From Owenia fusiformis (Eukaryota): a stretch of DNA of 64,000 nt. The notes beneath the pieces were generated by a model. The model did no database searches, was not told where the DNA came from, and saw nothing but the letters and a program-made list of their open reading frames with translations. The DNA lies in the NCBI GenBank assembly GCA_903813345.2, contig CAIIXF020000001.1:18166001-18230000 (forward strand), written 5' to 3'. This document shows positions 13,598 through 27,300 of the stretch, piece by piece. Every line of letters starts with the position of its first letter. Positions within the stretch are counted from its first letter, which is position 1. The translations under genes were made by a program, and so were the position numbers.

Positions 13598-16141
13598 TAT
13601 AACAAAGTTAAGGAAGCAATCTATTTACTTTGTTTTACTTTGTTATCTTGAACATGGCTAGTCGAAGGTGTTTCATATCTAGGTAATGAGAATTGTCAAT
13701 CAGTGTGGAATTTCAATGGTAACCTGTTAATGTCGATTCTGTGATACAAGAATAGTAAAAGCCCGAGCGGCAAAATGAAAATTCACAAAACTTCAAGACA
13801 ATGAACAAATGTTAATGTAGGCTTGAAGGTTGATGGATCGATTTTGTAGAATGACTTTTTATTATGACCCTTTGATTTTTGACATATTTGAGAAACGAGT
13901 AGAAACTTTTCTGGTTGACCATTCCCTCCTCGAAATATAACGTAACAATAATTTATGTTTATCTTATTGATTTATTATCAAGTTTAACCTGATTTTAACC
14001 TGTGTATTTTTATCTTATACAGTTCAAAATGATATTCTTATGCGACATTTTCAGGAACACAATGATAAAGTAAAGTTGTATACAGTGTGAGTATAATCAC
14101 TAAAGAACAGAATCATGTTTATTGGTCAAATCTGCGCTTTTCGTATTATGGAACTAAGATGCATATTTGGTGAATGATACTTATGAATGCAAGACCTTTC
14201 CAAGACTTCCGATCCTCTTGAGCAGGTGTCCAGAATCCGTACCTCCTTCTAAAGAAAGAAGTATTCTGGATTTTGAAGCCCTGTGATCGGAGGATGAAGA
14301 CTTTCGAAATCGAAATACTTCCAAAAGAGCAACACATCCGTCTGTTACTCCATTCTCACAAAATGGTTATGACGTGGAATACATTACTCATATACGAGAA
14401 TACATTACTAATGTACAAACACCAATTTCACAAAACAAAATTAGTATATTTTCTTGACCTTATCAAAAAAGGGTGTATCCATGTACAAATAATCGCTCTG
14501 AAAAGAAAAGCAAAAAAGTTCATTCCAGGAAAGTCTAAAATATGATATATTACAAAATATTAGAACACATTAGTGTATTCTGGATTATTGTTTCCTGGAT
14601 GAAGAATAATGTTGTCAATCGTTGACATTTCCTTGAAACAATATTTGAAAAACGGCCATCCTTCAAAATTTTAGCGCACATTGAAATCTGGGATTAATGG
14701 TAAATTGACAACAAAAACAGTGCACAATTGCTCCAGTGGTCAAGTCTTAATACAAATTAAAAACTTGCCATCGATTGTTTCCTTTTATAAAACGTTTTTG
14801 GTTAGTTTGGTCAAAAGCAAACGTTTTGCCTCTAGAGTTTCTTGGAATCATTGGGAATCTCATTGGGATAAATGAGTTTAGTGACCAATATAAAAAACCA
14901 ATCGGGTTATCTTGGACAACAGTCTTGATTACTGAAAGTCTATACTTGTTTGTTTTTCATTGACGCGTGACCGCCTGTCAGATTAACTAACTAAACTACA
15001 GCAGACATCAGTATTTATGAGGGCATATTGTCTTCTGAGGTTTGGAGTCAGTCCCACCCACATGATTTGGCATTGTCTACAAGACATTGTCTCATCTTAC
15101 GACATTAGAAAATAGGTTCCTCTGCTAATGCATGAAAGTCACAGTATTTCGATCCAATTTCGTGTTGTATCATTTGTGCAGAGTTGTTAATGGTGTATTA
15201 TTCAAATATATAACTGTTATATTATGTTTCGGTAAAGGAATGGCTATTTCTAAAATTAATGGACATGACTGTGGTTCTTAGTAAAAGCCACTATGAAGAT
15301 CAAAGGGATCCATAATGAGGTCGGTAAACTCTTGGTATTTAGCTGTGAATACAGGCACTGATAGCTCCCATGTGGCTTAATGTTTACAATCCCGGATGTA
15401 GAGTATGCGTGCGCATCACCATATTTGATATCCTTACTCGCTCATGTGAATGTATCATGGTCAAACACATTAGACACAGATCAACGAAAGTTAGAGATGT
15501 GTACATGTTTTTGTGTATTATGGGTCAGTAAAACAATGACTGGACGTTATGTTCAAAATGTCTCAAGTCATTTACATGCACTTTTGTATCTCTGCCCTCG
15601 GTAGTTGTATTTTGTTGGCCCCTCATCATTTAGACTGGTCAGCTGGTTTGTCCAACTCCGACAAATGTAGCTTGAGGTACTTTGACTCATTCTGTTTCAA
15701 TAAAATAACTTTGGCATCTGCACATATGTGTTTGATGCAGGTCTGTAGGCTATATCCGCCACTCATAAAGCTGAAAGGTGATAGAATGAATGACTTTTTG
15801 AAGCAATATAAGTAAAATACATACATCAATTTCTGTATGGCAATAAATTCTTGTAGACAGTACATCTATTTATGACCAGTAAGTATCCAAGGAGTAATTT
15901 GTATTATTAAGGGTGATGATAGTGTCAACTTTAGAAAGACTGTCCAATCAACAAGATATGAGATATATCTACAAAGCGAGTAAGAATTTGCCTGAAAGAG
16001 CCATTTGTATGCATTAGCGCTCAGTACTGATTAGACTGGAATTAAACTTTATTACATTTGGTCTTAAGGGTCCGACCTCATTAAAGGAAGCATGCATGTC
16101 AAATTGCGAGATAACCATAACATTGCTTTTTCTACTTTCAG

Positions 16142-16196
16142 AGGATTTGGTCGGAGATTGACGCTCGACAAACTTAAGAAATACATTTACTCACCG
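16142..16196 (+). other. candidate 55-nt non-coding internal exon
   Basis: Strong acceptor cataacattgctttttctactttcAG (ends 16141) and consensus donor CG|GTAAGT (16197). No transcript evidence. Confidence 0.35.
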
Positions 16197-18229
16197 GTAA
16201 GTACAGCTTCATATATTTTACACATAACGTAACTTTAACTTAATTAATATTCTTATCATATATATCCAACGTGCCAAAAACCAGCCTGGTTTAGTCTACC
16301 AATTAATAGAGAGTGCGAAGTGACTTCTAATGCTCACAATTGTTAAACTCGTTCATGGCAACTGTTTCTCTGGAGATAACCGTTGTATAATTTACTGCAC
16401 TAGCTAAAGGATTGCTCGTTAGTCTGTCAAATAATTCGTTAATTATTGCTCTGGTAGGCGATCTAACTCGTACTACATCTTATTGTATAGAGGTTCAAAA
16501 GTGACAGATTTATGAACGCTTTGCTACACAGTTGACTTTCTTTGAAATTAATATGTTGGTGGTTGTTCGGTTAAAAACTGAATGTTCGGATACAATTGTC
16601 AATCAAATATATATATTTACAGATTTAACGAATTTTGAATATAAACTGGTTCAAGATAACTTCATAAAAACTTCTGATAATCTAACTGGACCTTCTATCT
16701 GTCTATATGATATCGCTAGTAAAAGCTGTGAATTCTTATACAATATGTCACTACATTTCAGTTTGACATGAACAGTCTTCTTTTAATAACCAACAACATA
16801 TTATAAAAACAACAAGAAGTAAACGCACACAGCTGAGATATATTTTTCATCATCAAATTATGACAAGGTCATCAACTAAGGTGACTTTTCGAGAACAAAA
16901 AAGTATTTAATACAATACGGACTGCTTTTAAGACACTGACAATTGAAATATGTCTTTCCGTTCTTTCTGTCAACTAGTAGTGGTTCCGGTGTGTTGGTCC
17001 ATTCACTCGCATGTCTTCGCTAATGCATGGGTGGGAATTGCCAATTTGCATATTGTGTATCGAAAAAGTAAGAGTATAATTTAAACATTTGTCGAAGAGC
17101 TTTATTTATATGCAGATGATGTCGATGTTTTAATAGCAGCTGGATCGTATTTGATATGCCAATGACAATCCGATGCTAATTTAACTGACAAATGACCACT
17201 GGTCATTATACAATCCTTGGAGGGAATCTTTTATCTTATGCATTGTTATGATCTCACGTGATTGATAGTTCTATTTCTCCGCTTCGTCAGTCCGATCGTT
17301 CGTCTGTAAATTATTCCTGTAATACGTAATGCGTTTACATCTGAGTTGTTGATGTGTCATTCTCTAGTATACCAATGAGATAGATAATGGCTTAATATGG
17401 GTCATTTATCTGCGTCGACTTCTACACTGTAGCCATCCATTTTGCTGACTGTGTCGTTAAAACAGACGCAGGTGTTTCCATCGACCACAGCTTCCCAGGC
17501 GATGTAATCCAACGCTGAAAAACATATACAAATGCATCAATTAATTGAAGTTTGACAAAGTATGAAACGTTGACAAGTTGTAGAGTCACGACATACTGAT
17601 GAGCAGTGATGTGTTTGAGGTTCTCTAAGTAGTGTGTGATGTAAGAGCAGAAGCTAGTACAGATGTACACGAGCCAACATAGGAATACTAATATATTAAG
17701 ATATATCTATTTTACGCATTGTAAATGACGGGACATGTGTGCTTATATTGCATATTCTAATTTTAAACAAAAGCTTGAGCTCTCAAGGAATTCATGAACA
17801 GTCTGCGGCAATTATAAACAAACAATGTGAAATGGGATCATTGTTCATGATTAGAATATTCGACTTGAGCTTGTTTGGTTACGAACTTGGTACTTTAACA
17901 ATGACTGCATGGGCATAATCACAAAAGCCAGACACAAGGCAGGCGAGGCAACTTCCTAACCAAAATTTACAAGATCAAAAATGTTCAATAGAAACGTTAA
18001 AGAGAAGTCAAACTGATTTTTCATATGGTCTCAACTCAATGTTTGCCTCTTCTTTTCTTTGCCTCGCCTTATTTTAAACACTGGCTACGGCGCTGGAATG
18101 CAATACGAAAGTAATATACCATGTGTTCGGTGATCACGTGGTAATGGTCGAATCGCAGCATTTCTTCCTCAAAATGTCAAGGTCGAATCGACCTGTTCTG
18201 CTCGGAGTACCTTTTGAATTCTTTAGAAA

Positions 18230-19440
18230 TAGATCCAAGGTCTAAAAAGGTCATATCGCTTAAGAAATACAAGCCCAACTATGCGCATCATACACAATGG
18301 TATATTATGCAGTTGGATGTCGGATTGGTTTACGGTTAGTATCCCATAGTCAATGGCATTGTCTGCGATTGCCCTTATATTATAAACAGCCAACTGAACT
18401 AGACCACAGTGGGCTAAGCTTTTGACCAAATCTTATATTTGGGTATATGGGCATTTCAAGAAAGGCTTATCCATCTCGCGGCGTCATTGTCTTCATTTCA
18501 CCAAAATGGTGCGATTCGGGTGGCACAGCATTATGTAATCAACATACACTTTGGCAATGATAACTTAGAGAAATTATTAATGCCCATTAATGTAGATGTA
18601 TTTTATAGATGTTGTAGCTTCAAATCTCATTGTGATGATGCATGGGATAAAAGTTACTATAGCGGGAAATTTGAATTGAAATATGTTTAATCTATAGTGG
18701 AAAAAGTATGACTCATTATTAAAAAGTATGGGATCAGGAAGATAATTCTCCTGTAAGGTTAGTTTTTCGAGTTTCAAGTTGAAACCTTCAACTCTTCTTC
18801 GAAATCCGAAGTCGGCCCAATACTATTGTCAGCTATCGCTACCGCAGAAATATTGTGGTTTCAAATATAGTTTTAGGGTAAACGAATAACCCCTGGGCAT
18901 TCGCCAATTAGTGATGAAATTCCATGACTGGATTAATCTGCAACCCAAATTAAAAGATATGCCTTTGAGTAACGTAACTTTCCATCTTCATGTTGCTTCA
19001 TAGCGAGATCAATTACCGGGGTATTCCAGACCATCCCCGGGTTATCCATCACTTCAGTTGCTAATAGGGCCATAATAGCTCCCTTGGATACGTTAAGACA
19101 ATGGATCAAAAAGTTATTTTAAACCAGAATGGGTTGGAATCATGTTGTTTTTGGTATTAAGGCGTGTTTTCAAGAATTTGATTGGAATAATGTGGGAACG
19201 TTCGGACATTGTCTAGCATTGGTCAAATTTTGAGCCTGTGTCTAGCAGTTCGAAAGAATATGCAACAGCATTTAACGTTCAGACAATAGCCCCATATCAT
19301 TTGACACCATAATAGGATGGAATTGATGTTATTTTGGTATTGATTTTGATAAAGTGTTCGATTTGAGAAGGAAAGGTTTGGCGGTTTCTTGTCTTGCATT
19401 GTCACAAACAATGTGAGATTCACAGCTTGTACTATCGCTA
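18230..19440 (-). pseudogene. decayed DNA-transposon ORF, probably an Academ-like transposase N-terminal/central fragment
   Basis: Manual minus-strand translation gives interrupted segments in order: QDKKPP..RT..SILLWC, ALLATEVMDNPGMVWNT...CPG, and GLVQ...ADNAIDYGILTVN....H. From memory, the last resembles the GLVQ..DNxD..I.T.NG...H motif of marine-invertebrate Academ-type transposases. Many stops and frameshifts; needs a database search. Confidence 0.45.
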
Positions 19441-22400
19441 CCACTGTAGAAAATATTGGCTATATAAGAACCAATTAAATCAATCACAGAGGTAATTGAC
19501 CTTGAGTATCATGGGAAGGCATAACATGCAGTTGCATGGATATATAAATAGACAAAGCCTAATGAGTGTGACAATGAAGAGCAACCAAATTCCCTCCCAA
19601 TATGATGATTTTTTAAAATTGAAATTGGAAACATTAAGAAAAGGGGAATTTTGTAGACGGTAATAATAAAGTCATTGATGTTCAATATTTAAAACAAGCA
19701 CTTTCTAAGAATATGTCTTGTCCTAAATCTGAGTTCCATTTCAAACATCAGCTACAAAGGGAGTTTCAAGAATGCTCGAAGAGCTTCGCGTGTCGTTCTG
19801 TCTGCTCAGAGTTGCAATTGATTAGAATAACGTCAATCACATATTCAATTTAGGTTATATATGATGATGCACGACTTGATGATATTCTGAATACATAATC
19901 TTGTATTTTCTTGTCTTGGCCACAACTTTTCACAGGTTCTATACAAGTGCGTGCTTCACAAAGAGAAATGTGCATTTTAGTTTTGCAGTTCAAGAAACAG
20001 ATGTCTCCGAATAGTCACCCCATCCATTATGCTTTGTATTTGATTCTTAAATGACGTGCATATTGCATTTGGTTACGATGACATTTGAGCTGAAAAGAAG
20101 ATTAGAACAGACACTTGATATGCATTCAGTATGCATCTTTTATGGCATGTCAGATTCTTTCATGTTAATAATATGAAATGCCATTTTACGAGTTGATATG
20201 GTCAGTTCAAACCAACTGACCTGCACTAAGATTGACTTTTGTCGTGATTATCCATTCACGAAGCTATTGTTTTTTGTGATATGTAAATTTAATTTTGATT
20301 GACAGGACAGCATAACCTTATGTGCTACTTTCCCATGACATAGGATTCTTACCCACATGTGTTCAGGCAGCATGTCGGTTTGCTTAATACCAAAAGCTCT
20401 GGTTCCTGATGTAATGGTATCGATGGCTAACTAAGCTACCGATAAATTAAGACCAGTCAATCAATGTCAAGCTCAAATGATTCAGCGTCGTATTTCCTAA
20501 TGCCTTTGTAATCATGTCTTGTATAAAAACTACATCTACCATGGATGCGTAGAGATGAGCGGTGACTCGATGTCGGAATATATCTACTCATATTATATCA
20601 TATTGATATCGCATAAATAAGCGACGGTAAGTGAACTTCATTGTTTGAAATTGATCATGGATAGACTGACTTCTGTCTGGAACTGCATGGAATGATACAG
20701 ACAAGGATCATAAATCTTTTGGCATTACCGGTGTGTTAAAATATTTACTTTTTGTTTCCTCAATGAAAAAGCATGTGCTAATAAGATTACATTTGATCGA
20801 TATAGTTATTCATTTCTTTCTACGTCATTTCCTTTAGACTAAACTAAATGTTTAAACGAGCCACGTGATTCAATCTCATATGTAGCATCTTCTGATATGC
20901 CAACCGAAAGAAGAAATGCAGAGGTAATTGTCAATTCATATGTAAAACGATAACTTTTTGATAAATGACTTAAACAATTTATCAATGGCAAAAATATGCA
21001 TTGCAATAAATCAGGATTGATCCACTTAAGATATTGTACAAAACAACTCTAATGGATAACGAAGGGATACACCACTAAGAGAATGCATCAATCCTCATAA
21101 TGAATCAATGTTGAATGTTTCGTCTCCATGGTTTCCATATAAGCAAAAACTAAAATTAGTTTAATTTTGGATCCGTGTATTATAAAGATGGCATAATGAT
21201 TCGAGTTAGAAAGAGTTTGAACGCACGCCATTTTGTTAACCTTAAAAACTTTACAACAAATCCATAGTGTATTCATAAGTACCAAAAAAAGTATGGAAGG
21301 GATTCTTAATAACAACGACTGTAAATATTCCACGTAAATGCATTTGTGAAAACCATCAGACAATAAACTTATCTACAATGCTAACAGACACAATGAACAT
21401 CTTGAACTACAACATGAAGATGGGCATGTTAAAATGCAAAATCATTTTTATTGTAGGTGCTTTTTATTTTGCTTAACAAACATTTTTGGGATAAATGTGC
21501 CATTGTTTCAAATGTTGCCCTTTGAAATGTTCATATGTGCTATATTCTATTTTATCAAAAATAAGTATTGGAAAACATATTCTTAAATTGAAGTTAGCAA
21601 CAAAATATAGCGGTACTATAATACATGTTTGAGTTGGTGTTGAAAATTAAGCACACCTTTGTGTTATTTCTACCACACCCATTGCAGATACAACGAATCT
21701 GTTGGCCTATCACCAATTGCCAAAGACGCATTCATAGGTGCTATAAGGGAAAAGACCAAAGATAAGTGCAAAACACAGCAGGACGACCAGACTGAAAACA
21801 ATCAATCAATATCTAAACGGAATAACGTATGTAAAGGCAGAATCAGATCTAGCAAGATACTACTGACAAATATTGACAACAATTATTTTAATTTTAGAAT
21901 ATTTTGGATTCATGTCGTTCCTTGTCATGTTTATTTTCTAAAAATACTCAAATTTGAGGAAAACTAAAGATTTTTACAATAATAAATTCATTGAATTACT
22001 TTTCTATTTTATGGTTGTCATTTTTAATTGAGGGAATTGAAACGATTATTCCCTATTTTGGCACTTTGGATCCTTGATAACTTCACCAATTTATAACATA
22101 TCGTGGGTCTTTGGGTAGATATTAGATTTGAGATTGTAAGGAATATATTGGTAGATCCACTGTACATGTTGCTTGCAAATTTGTCACTTCCTATGGATCT
22201 CTTTCTTTAAACTCAAATATGTATACACAACATTAATCAATATGGTGTTTATGTACAATGTACATATGATACAGCACGTATGTACCACAAAACATCGAAA
22301 AGTCAAATTTCTTAGGCCATTTGCTAGGGGAGATACCTGGTGATATTCTAAGCCCCTTTCGCGATATATATACACAGAGTAACGTTTGCAACTTACTTCT

Positions 22401-24165
22401 GCTTCAAGGGTTCATATCCCATAATATATTGTGAACATGCTTGGATTTTATTTGATTTTACTCACTACATCACTGAAAGGTTGCATTTCTTAAGTTAACT
22501 GAAACTGGATGCCATAGGTCATCAGGTTATTCATCAGGTGACTTCTAATGACACACCTTCACTTTTTCAGCATTGTTAAACTTCTCTTTTGGTGGAGATT
22601 TGATAACGTTCACTCTACCATGATTTTGTTTTTTCTTTACTTGTGGGTCAATTATGCTGTGTATTCAAATTCACAGTATTACACAGTTAAGCTACATTCA
22701 TAGATGGACAAACGATGCATTACACAAAGTGTAGGTTTTCAATCAAAATATTGAAATAGTTGCTGCTTGAAGCTGTGAAAATGGAATTACTACTCAAATC
22801 TCTAAAAATTGAGTGTCACAAAATGTGGAAAGTTAAAGTATGCACATTTCACAAACCAAATCATCTACAATACCTCAAAGTCTGGAACAAAAAACTGTTT
22901 GGGGTACTATCAAATTTGAAATTCGATAAGTTGCCAGTCCATAAATCCTCAGCAATGATCAATTGTGTGCGTTATAACGTTGTTTTGGATGTTATAGAGT
23001 TTGTTTCACAATGGCCGGTTTTTGGTCTTACCTGTTCCCTTTCTTTTGTTTCAATTTTTGATGTTCCTTCTTTTGGTGATTGTTAACATCTATATAATAT
23101 ATATTGCAACATACTTTACAAATGGTAAACGTTCAACCGAAGCCACGTCGCCTAGAAATGTGTAAGTCCGATGTTTTCTATTTATGGGTCAAGTACCCAG
23201 CAGTATACAGCTGAGCATGGCTTCATTCTTCAGGCTGTTCTCAGGATATATGTTGAAACACTTATTCATGGTATATCGGAATTAGTCTCCAAAAATAGAT
23301 TTGGCTAATGAGAAATCTTGAAGGGCAACGGAATCAAACACAAATTCAAAAAAGCATAAATGACAAATACTGACTTTAAAACGTATCCTCAATAGTAAGC
23401 ATCTATCATCCCAAAGACAAATATTGGTAAGTCTGTAAAATGTACTTTGAAAAAAAGATTCTCAATCGCAATATCTCCCTATTATGAAACAACCGCATTA
23501 ATGCCGCATGGCGCATTCTAATACTTTCGCATCTTCATTCTTCCAACGAACTGGTTGAAAATACATCCCTATACCATGATGTTTACAACTGACCATCAAC
23601 GGGAAATAATCTCACAAGACACACATACATTAGCTGAATATGAGCTTATGATCGCTGATGATTGAAGTTTTACAGCAAGAAGGACTATGATATACAAATA
23701 CGAGAGAAATCATTTGATAAACAAACTCCCGTGAATTTAGAAGAGTTCATTATCTTCTGAAACGCTTCTTAAAGCTAAAGCTTCCTAATTCTCAATTTTC
23801 TTACTCTGGTGTCATCTTGGCTACAACAATTGATTTGGGAATTCTAAACTTTACGAGGTTCCTGGTAATGTCACACTGAACCCTCTCCAACCAACTACTC
23901 TTCCATGAAATTCTTTTTTTAAAGATGTTGTATTTCATTAAGGATGAATTTCTATAGATCCTCAAATATAATTTAATGATGAAACTTGTTGTCGGTGAGT
24001 AAATATACAATGTATAAATATATGAGATTGATCTAGTGTAACAAATTATGCAAAACGTAATTGCAGTAGCACATCGGTCTAGAATCGCATCAATGTGAAC
24101 TCCCTAATGCGAGTTCCACTTTGAAGTATCTTAAACCGATTGACTTTTTTCCCGAAATGTCGCAC

Positions 24166-24370
24166 ATTTCAAGTGCTGGACCAGTCCTGGCTGGACAATG
24201 TTTATGTCGGATGCACAGCTGATCTTATTGAGGGTTATTGACCTCAGACTAAACTCTTTAGTATACCATGCTATATGAAGTACATTGATGGTTGTTTCGA
24301 CCTCATCAAAATGAAGTATAACATGTGAGAACTCTGTGACAATTGATAATGTTACTTGACCCAGGGGAAT
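24166..24370 (+). pseudogene. decayed Penelope-like retroelement reverse-transcriptase fragment
   Basis: Reads SAGPVLA (frameshift) NVYVG...KLFSIPCYMKYIDGCF. This resembles the PLE RT motifs GSPLGPVLANIFVG ... RYVDDxF. It has one stop and the catalytic DD is mutated to DG. Confidence 0.45.
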
Positions 24371-27300
24371 TGAGCTCATGCAGATAAACAATGCAATCAG
24401 GTTCGTAACACAGAACCTACATTCCCAAATGGATGTTGCTAAGCAGTTAGGATGGCTGTCATCCATCACTGCTTGATGTTAGCTTCAGTCGAAATGTTGA
24501 GACATGCGCAGACCTCTATTTAGCGATATTTTCATTTCAAATATGGCGGCCAATCCGATGTCTGACGACCCTTACAAAGAATCTAGGCAGTGTGCATTTT
24601 TACTTCCTGTGAAATAACAAGTGGCATTTAGTAGTTGTTTTGTGTTTTATTATCATTCTGCATCGTAATTCTATGTGATGTGGTGTTGAAATGTCAGCAG
24701 AAATACATATCCATACGATAATCGAGTGAATCAGATAACAGATTTTTCGAAAACCCGTCTCGTGCTAAGCGTGTAAAAACTTGTATTAACATGCTCAAAA
24801 GTGTCAATGTGCACATCAATGTCAAGCTAAATCAATGTTGTGTCGAAAACAGGTACCCGATCTACTCAAAACAGCTTGTCATTCACGTATACACACTTCG
24901 CAAACACGGCGAAATGATCTGAATCTTGGAATTTCGTTGGAGAGCTAGTAATGTTTGCTCCGGTCTTCGTCATAAGTGTTTATCAGACTTCACGCATGCT
25001 CAGGAGAAAAACCATCAACCAATAACGTTTATAAATCAATTTTGCGCATGCGCCTTACAACGGTAAAGAAATTCGTATTTATAAACGAACCAATTTGAGA
25101 TAACCCGGTATCAGTCGGAGAAATCTGACGATCTACGAAACTCACTTCAAAAAATCAAATGCGGACTGACGGCGTATTCTACTATGTTCGGACCTAAGAT
25201 TTTCAGTATAGATAAAGTCTTCTATGATCTTTCGAATGAGGTAAGTCTCTAGTTCGAAAGACAATCGTATCAACTTGAACAAAAGTTGAGTTTTGACGAA
25301 AAATTTTAATATGCGCAGAAGTCCCATTTTCGTTATACCATATTGACTGGTTAGCTTGTTGTTATTAACACTAGCTCGCATTCATTCCCAATTCAACATA
25401 TGACTCATACTGATGTTGCAACCACAAATTGTAGTTGAAGTTGCTCAGGTATTCAGTATCAATCCTATCCATGTATCATGAACCGGGACGTCAACAATAT
25501 CACTAAGTAGTTCTTCAAATGATGCCATTTTAAATACACACGGCCACCATCTTTCTTTACCAGTAACGTGATGTATGACTTTCGTCAAGTAATCATAAAA
25601 ACTCAATGCGAGTACGATTGACAGCATATCGGTATGACATATCAGCAATAGCACGCTCTGCATGGTACACCGAAAGCTTTGTTATTATTATGAACTTAAT
25701 TAGGAATACTAATCGAATCGGACTCTTAATCTCAAATAAAATAAATGAGAACAAGGATTAACACAGATGAGACCTCATTTTTCAAAGGTAAGTGCTGTTT
25801 AGAATAGTAGTAGAGAAATGATAACCTTAGCAGAACAAGTTGAAACCTTTCATGATTGATTTTCCAGCTTTTGTAAACGCATGATATAAGTGCTGCCAGG
25901 TTAACGTTCATGAACTATCCTAAATTCATGTAATGAACTGATATAGCGTTATTCTCTCTAAGATATGTAGGAAAATCAATTTACTGCAACATAATAAACC
26001 TTTTCGCCATCGGGGCCATTTATATTTCATTGCACTCGAAGCGTTCTCAAATGATCTCTTAACTGATTTACGATGGGAAAAAAGTGACGGCCAGTGGCTA
26101 TAATCATTACTTTGAGTTCTCTTGCAATCATAATTTATAACGAGGAACTATTTCTTTAATTTGATATTATGAGAGGCCATTATTACCCCCAATAAATTAT
26201 TGCTACGAAGGCGTGGTTATGAATAGTGTGCCTCGACTGTGCTAGATAGTGGCGCCATCTCTTCAATATTACGGCGGCCATCTTGTAATACATTTTAGAT
26301 ATGTTATGTTTATAACGGCTATAATAATTACTTTAACGACCATTATTTCAGAAATATTTTGATTGATACGTGTTATTTACCACGATAATAATTATACTCT
26401 ATAGTTTGAATTGAAGTTCCCATTTGATAGAATATATTACATGGTATGGTGGGTCAGTAGTTGCCTGCAACAGGAACATCTCATCCTTTTCTAAACTAAT
26501 ATCTAGTTATTTTAAGATTTACTTCAAATAATTGAATCGAGATTTGTATTAATTGTAAGGACATTCAATTCATGTTGTAAAGAATTATGTGAATACAAGT
26601 GGAACATTTGGTTTCTTTCAGTATCGAATAATTGTATAATTGCTGTATGTTGGGCAGATGGTTAAAATAATTTTTCTCGTTTTGAATTAGGCTTTATTCA
26701 CCTCAATCCAAACTATGAATGGGACAGATTATGAACAACCTAATGTACTTTTTAAATACAATTGAATGATTACAAATAATTATATGGCTTTTTGATTACT
26801 TGTCTGCTAGATAAAAACACAAACTAAATTTATTTGCATGATCAAATAAGTCAAGTTCAGATCTAGTTCAATATCACCAGGTCGACATATGTTTTGGGGG
26901 GTTAAAATGTACCACCATCTCTAATACTCAAATATATTTATCGTGATGAATGAAGGGTTACATGACACATAACCTATGCATTGTATTGGCATTTCGACAA
27001 TAGGAGTGAATTAAAAGCCGACTACAGTACTTGACGAATTATTACCATTGACCCCGTTTTAGTTTGATTAAAAACAGCCTTACTTGAATTTTAAACCTTA
27101 CTTTCGGTCAATTTCAGTTATATAATTGATGAGTCCAGGTTTGAATAGAATACCATTGCTATTTGGAAGCTGGAAGTTGATTCAAATCATGAATTCGATA
27201 ACACCGTTTGATCGATGTTTATGTCTAGTTGGTCATTCCCAAGGAACAGCTTTGTGAAACCACATATTTGTCAAATACACTAATATCCTAAGTGTATTAT

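Noticed and set aside
17927-18095. inverted AGGCGAGGCAA / TTGCCTCGCCT with a CTGGCTACGGCGCTG end
   Set aside because: Probably an eroded MITE, but the left terminus and TSD cannot be defined.
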